This document shows, piece by piece, positions 54,616 through 64,000 of a stretch of DNA of 64,000 bases; position 1 is the first letter of the stretch; every line of letters starts with the position of its first letter. Origin of the DNA: Chlorokybus atmophyticus (taxonomy: Eukaryota; Plantae; Mesostigma and Chlorokybus algae); contig RHPI01001616.1 in NCBI GenBank assembly GCA_009103225.1, positions 436,731 to 500,730 on the forward strand, written 5' to 3'. The notes under the pieces were generated by a model, which worked only from the letters and a program-made list of their open reading frames with translations, ran no database searches and was not told the origin of the DNA. Position numbers and translations under genes: made by a program.

Positions 54616-55024
54616 CAGTCTAACCTCGATAAGTGCATACCATCGGGAACGGGCTAATGTATGCACTTATCGCGTTTATGCATCCTCGTTAAGTGCATAA
54701 ATTATGCACCCGCTTTAAGTGCATTTTTTATGCACTTAGGCTTGGCATAAAATGCATAACCTATGCACTTATCGAGTAAACCTAATCCTGAGTTACGTTG
54801 TAACGTGTACAACCGTAACTATGATACACTTTAATCATAATCTGTTTGTAACTTAAGCGTAATTCACCTTGATAATTGCATAGACACACCAAAGGTTAGG
54901 CATCTCAATGTATGCGCTTATCGATAAATGCATATGCTCTTAACGCACAGGTCTTCCCCCTGAAGACGTCGGTGATGGCCGAATGTATGCACTAATCGAA
55001 TATGCACTTATCGAGGTTAGACTG
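54616..55024. mobile_element. Non-autonomous Tc1/mariner (pogo-like) MITE, 409 bp
   Basis: Perfect 24-bp TIRs, CAGTCTAACCTCGATAAGTGCATA (54616-54639) and its reverse complement (55001-55024), are flanked by TA on both sides (54614-54615, 55025-55026). There is no ORF. Confidence 0.9.
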
Positions 55025-56244
55025 TAGCAGCCCGTTGGGTACGGCGCCGCCGTTACAGTGATGCGCACTCCCTTTATCATCACATCCTGCAGCCGGGCAT
55101 TAACAACGTGTGCAACTTCAAGTAGTATATACTTTTTAGCCGCGTTGCTGACACTTTCTGCACCAGGCAAGCCGCGCTAGCTTGGAATAAATTGCGACAG
55201 CCTGCGATCAGAGTTTCCTAGTCAGCAGCTAAGCGAAAACTTTTCACACAATTCACACAATCGCACTGGATAGGCTGTGTCGTGCTTTGCTTTCGTTGCG
55301 TGTCAGTTTTGTGCATGCTGCAAGCTCAGTAGCTGCAGCCGGAAAAACTTATACTTTGCTGGTCCCCTGAGCAGCGCGCTGCATTGTGCTGACAGTTTCA
55401 GCACTCTGCAGTGCATTTGGGTTTGCGCGTGTAGCTACGCAGCTGCATGTGCATAGATATGGGCCGCGCCGCACGCTCTGCCATGCATATGAGCTGAGTG
55501 ACTAAGAGTAACAGCGCCAGCAGAGCTTGCAATTGTGCATTGGGGGTACATACACATGCTACAGCAGCCACAGCACAGTGTGAGCCACTGCGGTGCTTAT
55601 CCTCAGAAAGCGGCAGCGGCTGAGACTTGACAAGGTAAGCAGCAATTCGGTTAGAGGGAAGCGCTTACCTGCGCTTGCCCCACTGCTGCTTGCTTACTAG
55701 CTGCAGGGTTTCTAGGCGGGTGTACGCTGTTTGCAAGGTGTACGCGCACTAACGACTAATCCTGTGAGTCATGTCACTGGTGCTGTCGCCGTCACTGTCA
55801 GCCTCGTCGCTGTCACTTGAAACGTCTTAGTTGTCACTGTCACTACAGTGTGCTTGCTGAACTGTTCTTGTCATCGTTGAAGTTGACGCCGGTGCTGTTG
55901 CTATTTCTGTTCTTCTTCTTCTGGTTGTTGTCGTGTGGGTGCAGTTGTGCTGCCTGTCATCACGTTGCGAACTTCTCGCATCCCAGCAGGTGCAATACTC
56001 TCATTGCAACTGTTTGAGTGGCATGCACAGTGGCATTGTCTCATTGCAGCTGTTGACATGCATGTGGGTGTCGTTGCCATTCGAGTTGACGGTCAACTTG
56101 TAAGAACACTTAGCATCTCATTGGCATGGCACAGCGCGGCAGCACAAGCAGACAGCGTGACATATACATACTGACACGAGGTTATCACTATGCGTATGCA
56201 GGGCATTGGTCACCCACCATCACATACATACATTTCCCCTCATC

Positions 56245-59200
56245 ATGATGACGGGTGTGCCGAAGCCGCTGCACCAGCTGCTGAAGGATGCCGGCACCGC
56301 CAAGGACGCGTTGCGGGGGTGGACGGAGTGGAGGCATGCGCTGTACCCGCTCATCAAACCTCACATTAACACCAGCGGCAAGGACGAACCCAACAGCAAC
56401 AAGGATGTCGTGAGCATGCCACAGACTAAACCAGACGGATACCCCCCTCACAGCATCAAAGATATCATGAGCCTGTCAATGTCTAAACGCGAAGAAGTCT
56501 ACCGGCCTCCCACGGTACGAGTCCGTGCCTGTGTGCACGCTGATCCACGTACTCACTTGTTTTTCCTGCAGAAGTTCGAAGACTGGAGGCGTGAGGTGGT
56601 CAAGTACGGTGAGCTGGCGCAGGTGGCGTACGACGGCCTGCTGTCAACCAACGTGTACAGCGTCAAGTTTGGCGGATGCCGCTTCGACAAGAACACCGAC
56701 TTCTCTGCTGATAAACTCGACTACCTTACCTCACTCGGACCAGACTCAAAAAACTACGAGGTGTGTGTGTGTGTGTGTGTGTGTGCACACAAGGGTGTGA
56801 AACTGAGTGACACACACGCGCGGATCTGCCTGAGAGAAAATGAGATCGCGCATGTCAATGTATGTGCATGTGTGTGCACGCGTTTAATGTGGCCAACAAC
56901 GTTACCCTTGCCAGGTCGTGAACTTGTTGTACGCGGATTCTGGGTTTTATGACTTGATTGAGCAAGCGGGTGAGCGGAAGCCGAACTACATGGGTTACGT
57001 TGCCAAGGAGCTTAAGCCCAAGGGCGATGACGTCGAGGTGGTCATTGCATGGCGCGGGACCATCACGCGCAGCGAGTGGTTCTCTAACGTCAAATTCCCC
57101 CAGGTGCGAGCAAGAATGACTGCATGTGTGTGCGTGTGTGTGTGCTTGCGTGTGTGTGTGCGCGCGAAATGCGTGTGTGTTCATGTGCATTTGCACGTGA
57201 TGCTCAATGTTGGTGTGCATGGGCATATCTGTGCCAGAGTTCAAATATTGGATACAGTAAAAAGGCCTGCATCCAACATCCAACATGTGATTTCAGGTGA
57301 TATGGAACGATGGCAAGCTTGTTGTGACGGCCCCCAAAACTCGTCTTAGGCTGAACCCCTTGGAGGTGTTGGGTGTGAAGTGGTTCCTTCTCGCTTTCGG
57401 CGGGTTGTCCCTCTTCAAGTGGCACTCGTCGTTGTTGTTGCCCGGCGCCCTCTCATCCTTGTTGGCAGCGACACCGTGGGGTGCGGTGGCATTTGTGTCT
57501 TTTGCTCTCGCTGTCGCGCAAGGCGTGCGCACAACACTCAACTCAAGGGAGTATTTGCTGCTAACTGGCGCGAAGGATGACAACGATGACAACAAGGATG
57601 ATGATGGGAAGAAGACGTCGTCGAGCATGCTGTGGAAGGATGTGCAAAAATGGCCTGGGTTGGTAGGGCAGTGGGCATGGTTCTTTGCCAAAACGCTGAG
57701 TCTCACCCAGATCAGCGCCGACGCACGCGTCGAGTATGGTATGTGTATTAATCCAACATGTGTTCATTTGTTCATGTGTATGTGTGTGTTAACAACAGGA
57801 TGCTATTGCCATGGGCGCAGGGTTCAAGGAGGTGTATACAGAAGCCGACCCGGATGTCTTATTGAAGGCGGGTGAACCGGGCACTCCTCGCATGCAAGTG
57901 TACCGCACCCTGGTAGACCTTGCCAAAAAGGTGGGGGCAATTGATATTGCTGTGTCCCCACATGTCACAAGTGCACACGTACACATTCCACCTGCATGTC
58001 CACCACACCAACACAGTACCATCGCCTTAAAACAGTTGGAAGGAGACGGGTTGAGGATCGGGCGCATCGTTACCACCGGCCACTCGCTGGGAGGCGCGTT
58101 GGCTTCGCTCAACGCGTACGACCTCAGCACCACTCTCAATGGCAGTGTGAATGAGACAACATCAACAACAACAACAACAACAACAACAACGAAAGCTTCG
58201 AAGGATCCTGAGGTTGAGCTGTTGGAGAACATCAACCTCCTGCGTGAACACTTGCAGCGCACGGGACTGCAAGTGCCTATCTCTGCGTGCACGTTCGCGT
58301 CGCCGAGGACGGGCGACGTCCGCTTCGCCAGCGCGTTTGGAGATTACGTGAAGCCGTTCGAAGGGGGGCTGGCTGCCAACTTTTGGTTCTGGTTTGATCA
58401 GACCATCGGCTTCGCGGTCTGGTTCGCTGTGCTCTCGTCCATTCTTACCGGCTCAGTCGGGCTTAGTTGGGTACGCATGTGTGCGTGCGTGCGTGCGTGT
58501 CAAGTGCATGTAACGCAATGACTTGCTAAGTAAAACTGTACTACTTGCAGCAGCCACCACTGTGCCAACTATCAACTGTTGTCATGTCACTTTTAGGCTG
58601 ATGCTGGAGTACGCTCTGCTTCGGCTCTCTTGGCATGGGCCGCGCTGCCGTACGCGCGGCAGCTGGTGTCCTCACTCACGAGCAACAAGAAGTCTTTATC
58701 TTCATCGGAGAAGCCGTTGACCGAGCTGAAGGCAAGGTCACATTGACAACATAGCCAAACTCTCAAAGAATGTAGTCCTGGTTGACTGAGACAACCTGCC
58801 TGAATTAATGCTTTCCCCGTGCTTCTCCAGATGCTGCGGGTCGTGCACGTCCATGACTTGGTACCAAAGGTACTTACCTGCGCTGTTTTGTGTGTACATG
58901 ACGCAGTGCTGTGGTATGTTGTGTTGCTGCGTGTGTGTACATACAACATGTGAGTTGCCTGACAACGTGTTGTTGTGTTCCTTCTTCACAGATACCTAGA
59001 GGCTGGCTGACAATCCTGAGCCCGTAAGCAGCAGTATGAGTCTCATCGCAGAACAACAAACAATATCGCGCACTCGCCACATGCACACATGAGCCTGTGA
59101 GTGCCCTCCACTGCTACTGAATGAATCACAGGCTCATGGAGTTATCTTGACATGCAGGTACCGACATGCGGGGACGCTGCTTGAGCGCGACATGTATCCC

Positions 59201-59948
59201 GTAGATGTCTACAAGAAGACCTCCAGCGACAGCCCGCCTCTCTTGGGTGGTGCCGGCATCAGTGCACGCCACAACCTGGAGGTGGGGTGCACATCGTGTG
59301 TGTGTGTGTGCAAGCGCGCTCACGTGTGTTTCTTTGCGTATGTGTGTGTGCTCCTGCGCAATCTTAGTGCGTGTAATGCAAGCAGTTGTGAATGCAAATG
59401 GTTGATAAGTCAATCACCAATGCCGTTGCATTGTGCTGATCATAAAGTGGCCATGGTTGTGGGTTGTACTTGTCCTTTCTCTTCTGCTTGCATGCAAGTG
59501 CTTTCAGGTTATCGTGCTCTGTGTGTGTCTGCGTCACACATACGCTCACGTTCTCTTTTGCCCTCATTCAGGTTTACCTCCACATGGTGGACCCGGCGCG
59601 CGACCCGGCGCTGATGAACAAGAGCACCGATTCGCTGGTGGACGAGGCTCGGATCCCTGTCAATTGGCGCAACCCCGACATAAACAAGGTGTTGATATGA
59701 AGCAAGTTTTGCGAGCATATATACATGACAACCAATGAAACAACCAACACATGCTACACCACACCAACTGATTGAAACTGATAAGTTGATAAATAAACCA
59801 GGGGCTGGAGCCTCTGCCTGAGGGCCCCAGAAAAGGGCTCTGGAGGGAGCGGACGGCGAATGACGACAATACAACGGACAATGAAACTCAGGGATTGGCC
59901 ACGGAGAAGCTTGCCAGGCAAGACACGCTGGAGAACGCCAAGAAGTGA
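56245..59948 (+). CDS. DAD1-like phospholipase A1 / class 3 lipase with internal hydrophobic insertions, ~742 aa, 12 exons
   Basis: Exons 56245-56514, 56572-56760, 56915-57103, 57297-57738, 57821-57930, 58036-58470, 58597-58731 (GC donor), 58831-58869, 58992-59023, 59158-59281, 59572-59688 and 59802-59948 total 2229 nt. Motifs RREVVKYGELAQVAYD, GYVA...VIAWRGT...EW, RVEYGFKEVYT, TGHSLGGALA, TFASPRTG, LRVVHVHDLVPK and HNLEVYLH...RDPALMNK..D.L.DE..IP..W. The Ser-Asp-His triad is present. The start codon is tentative. Confidence 0.9.
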
Positions 59949-60213
59949 AACAATGTGCGTGGGTCGCTTTTTGTTAGGGCAACAACAAGGCAGCAGGGCA
60001 CGGTAACAAAATAATGTACATACATACTACGAGCTGGTAGAATGAGGGGATTGCAGCATATACATATGGAGCTTGCACCTTAGTGCTGCTTTCTGTTTAT
60101 AGTTTTGTGGCTGCAGTAGGGGGTGAGGCGAACAGGAGCATAACATCTATCTATAAAACTGTGCCATTCATACAAACAACAGGGTGCAGCCTATGCAAAT
60201 GCACAAATTGCGT

Positions 60214-63200
60214 TACCTTGTTACCTGGAGTGGTGTTAGTTGGGGAATTGTGACTCGTCCACAGTCTGCGTACGCGAGCGCATTCTTATAGTCAACAGAA
60301 GCAAGGCAGGAGTTGCAGCAGAGCAGTTTGCACAAATGCTAGGAGAGCAGGGGGACCACCACACTGTGGTCATATGGTTGAACATTGTTGCTGCTGTACA
60401 AAAGGGGTATGCTGCTGTGCCAGGATGCATGGTGTGCCAACAACCAAAGTGACACGCACCCAACCAACCCGTATGACTCATCATGTACTACTCACCACCT
60501 GTGTACTTCAACATTGTCAGCAAGTGCAGCTGCACTTGCTAACAAGTGTTGAATCTATGCAACAAGCACGTGCCTGGCAGGACTGAATAGAAGCGAGCAC
60601 ACTAAGTAGTCCGGGCGCTACATCACAACAGACTTGATGTTCTACTCCCCTCCAACTGTCATTCCTGCTGTGTTGCGAGACAGCAATACAACTCACCTCA
60701 GTGATTTTGGCACAACTATGTCCGCCCAGCATTAGCGTTGATCATCAACACGCCTTGCCGCCGAGTGCAGAAAGCTCTGGCCCATTAGTTGCGTTCAACA
60801 CGTGCTTTCGCTTTGCCTCGGCATCCTGTGTGGAATTGGGCGACAATGCGACGCCAAGCACAAGAGCATGCGTGTCCGCCAGCTATGGCAACTGCTTGCA
60901 AGTTGCTTGGACGCTGCTTCGATACCATACCGGCTGGCTGAGCGGCAGTTCAGCGTTGAGCAGTGCGGGGCGTATCCTAAAAGCGCTCAAGGAAAAGGAG
61001 CAGTGAAAACGCGCAGTCAATGAGAATATCAGTACTGGCGCGGCACCAAGCTGAGCTTGGTCTGGTGCCACCAGCGCAGGAAGCAGCTTATCGGACTCCT
61101 TGCAGCGGGTCTCAAAAAGCTGCACAGAATAAAGCAGAATTGGCCATTGCATACAACCGTGCAATTGCGTGCAATTGAGTCGCAGGTGGTAACAGTTGCA
61201 CACGTGTGCACGCGCACACATGCACGAACGCGTGCGTGTGAATCACTCACACGCGCTACACCCACGCACACCTGCATGCGTGGCTGTATGCGCTTGTGCA
61301 CATGTCCGCACGTGAGTCTGCGCATATGCATGTGGAACGCAATGCTTCCAAGCAGCCTGAGTCCCGTCGCAGATTCACATCACCGCACAACCATCCACAA
61401 CCACAACGCACAATTATGGCATACCTATACAGCTTCGCGCCCCCCTGTCTGCACTTAGAGTATTCTTCTCCCCATCAAGACTGCGTGATGACCAAGTGAG
61501 AGTGTTAGTCGGCCCTCCTGCGTGGCTTGATGGGCTGTTGCATTGCGTTGGTGCAAACATGGATGTTGGCTGTGGTTTTGGGTGAGAGAGCAAAGTTGGC
61601 CATGCGAAGGCTTCCGCAGGCCAACATGGCTAAGGAGAATGCCCCTTCAGCCACCTGTGGCCAACATGTTTCGGCTTATGTTTGCTTCCAACGCAACACA
61701 GGCAACGCACCATTGGGTTGTTGCAGTAGCTTGCCGTTCACTTGTTTGACATTGCTTCTGAGCAACACTGTAGCAATGTTACACGGAAGCCAAGTACATT
61801 GCACTGAAGCGCAAACAGCGCAATCAACCATGTATGCATGCAGCACTACCTTTCGCTACCATGCACAATCCATGCCAACTACCAACACAATGCTGTGCAG
61901 TGTTTGACTTCACTTCGAATGATGGTACTGCTTATCAAACACAAGCACTTGTACAAGAGCAAGCACGTGATCAATGCATGAGTATGTGAGCTCTGTCGTG
62001 GTCACCAGCCTGTCATCCAGACCCATGCCCAAGACGGCGGCAGCGGCGGCGGCATGTTGGTGGGCGTTCACGCCTGTCTCCACCGCTTCAACAGCATTGC
62101 TCTGCTCCATGCTGATGGTGGGCACACATACCGCTGACTACCTCCTGCACTCCCGCACGCACACGGGCGATGCCGCCTTAGCTACAAAACAACCTTCACC
62201 CAACCAGCTTTAGACTTGGGCGCAGCGGTGATCAGCTACTCCACGGCAGGACGGAGCAGGGCAGGGCGCTGCGCTGCGCTGAGCAGCGGCGGCGGCCGTA
62301 GCGGGCGCTGGCTTTGCCTTGGCATCAGCCTACAGCGGCGGGTGAGACATAGCTGCCAAACCAAATACTACTCAAATGCCGCCTGTCTTTCAAGCATTGG
62401 TCAAGAAATCTTGCTATAAATTTTCAGTGTATTTTGTGCATGCAAATGGGGAGGGGGGGGCAGGCAACATTGAGCTTCATGATCGCCATCGTCGTGCAGG
62501 TCGTCTTGCAGCCTTTTGCCTCCTCGCTGACTACCTCGCCGCACTTGTGCTAGTGACTGTCTGCCTCTCGTGTGTGTGTGTGTGCGTGTGTGTGTGTGTG
62601 TGTGTCACTTCTGCACTCTGTAGCTTGACCCACCCACCCCCCACCCTCATCGCCGTCAATTATGCTGACATCTGCGTTTGCATCAATAGAAATGACAGTA
62701 GAACGCCTCAGTCAGTCAATGACCTCTTGCTTTTCCCCTCCTCCGCATCATCACTCCTCACAAGCGCACTCCAGCGACACATTGTGTGTGCAAGCAAAGC
62801 CAAATATTAAAAGCTTTCAGTGTTGGCCACAGAGGTGTCCACTAACGGTGTCTACATGAGGTCACTGGACAACGTGATGCGATGTTGGGCAGGGCAAGCT
62901 GTCAATGCCAGTTGACAATTGGGTGCATGCACTATGAACAGTGCGGCGCAACTGGGGTTGCACGCATTGTGTCTGTAATTGACATGATAACACTCTGCGC
63001 GGGTCCATTGAATGCGCGCATTTGCGTAGCAGCCCAACACTATCTTCCATACCCAACCACGCTCACATGCATAGTTGCACCCAACCATCGAGTGCTCGTT
63101 GAAAGTACACACCAGTACACACGCGTCCACCCGCCAGGCCTGGGAACTGATGCCAGTTTCATATCTTCTAAGTACTACCAATGGTTCCACTGCTCCGTAA

Positions 63201-63990
63201 ATGCATACACGAGGGGCGATTAGCTCGTCACCTGATACACAAACGTCCTCATCCTCAAGGGCCAGTCATGTACATGCATTCGCACGTGCGAGCGTGCACA
63301 CGTGTATATGTGTGTGGGGGGGGTATACGGGTGTGTGAGGGCATGTGCAACAATTGTGTGATTGGAGTAGGGGCACTGGCCTGTGAAAGCACGACACATA
63401 GGACTCATAGACTGGAACCAACCTGAACGCCATGGACAGTCACACAGTATCCAAAGCAGCAGCTGTCTTGCAATGGTAACAACCTGCACATGTGTGTCAC
63501 ATGTGAATGTGTGTACGCGCGTGCATGTGCAGAGTTGCTCGTGCATGCAGCTTGACTCCAAGCCATACAAACCTTAGATGCCTTACCCATATGCATTCGC
63601 AGTGTCGTCACTGCCTCTTTCGCTTGTGCCTGTCCTTATTCAACGCGTGCGGTTTGCCTGCATATGTTGCCTTCTTGGTGCCTTCACTAGCACGGCCTTC
63701 TCCTCCCGCCCCTCGCTTGCGCTTCTTCCTTTTGTCCTGCTGCTTCTGCCATCGCGTACCCACCAAAGCCGCCACCACATCGGGCCTCTCATCCACGCCA
63801 TCCCTCACCTGACAGGAAGAAACCAACAACAGCACGTATGAGACACGCAATCGACTGTCAAGTTGTGACTCCCTTCGTCTCATGTTCAACCCTACCTTTG
63901 CGAATGCAAAGCTCTTCAGCGGATCCATTGTCTGCTTTCTCCTCTTCTGCAGCAGCCTCGTCTGCAAGCCGCGCTGCCGGGAGCCGGCAG
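60214..63990 (-). CDS. Putative multi-exon gene of unknown function, entering from the right edge (partial)
   Basis: Minus-strand segments mostly bounded by AG and GT/GC: ...ADEAAAEEEKADNGSAEELCIRK, VRDGVDERPDVVAALVGTRWQKQQDKRKKRK, GDELIAPRVCIYGAVEPLVVLRRYE, MEQSNAVEAVETG...ELTYSCIDHVLALVQ, LFETRCKESDKLLPALVAP, IRPALLNAELPLSQP and ASVDYKNALAYADCGRVTIPQL. No family recognised. Confidence 0.4.
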
Positions 63991-64000
63991 CTGCCTCGGC

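Noticed and set aside
57798-57820. Upstream acceptor AACAG|GATG for lipase exon 5
   Set aside because: It is out of phase with the 57738 donor. The acceptor at 57820 restores the conserved VEYGF motif.

Overview
Intron-rich eukaryotic nuclear DNA. It is most likely a green alga from an early-diverging streptophyte lineage. This is inferred from the plant-type U2 snRNA, TAGGGTTT telo-boxes, an Ole e 1/SPPPP extensin and a DAD1-like lipase, together with a UGA/SECIS selenoprotein, a system land plants lack. The supplied ORF track is mostly noise from CA/TG-rich introns and (GA)n tracts, so I built gene models by hand from splice sites. Well-supported genes are an SLC12/CCC cation-chloride cotransporter (+, 17 exons), a SelU/PRXL2-family AhpC-TSA protein with an in-frame UGA in a UxxC motif plus a 3' SECIS (+, 9 exons), a plastid-type SAM methyltransferase (-) head-to-head with mitochondrial IscA (+), a U2 snRNA, an Ole e 1-extensin chimera (+) and a DAD1-like lipase with hydrophobic insertions (+). 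Accessory content includes a RecQ-like pseudogene, a Ty3/Gypsy relic, the 3' end of a REL-type (CRE-like) non-LTR retrotransposon, a Crinkler-like HNH nuclease gene, a pogo/Tc1-like MITE and a 118-120 bp intronic minisatellite. The most striking observation is a second SECIS, carried on an old partial duplicate of the selenoprotein gene's 3' end. It sits just downstream of the HNH nuclease gene and is much better conserved than its flanks. The nuclease stop codon is UGA, and it can be spliced in frame onto the duplicated exons.
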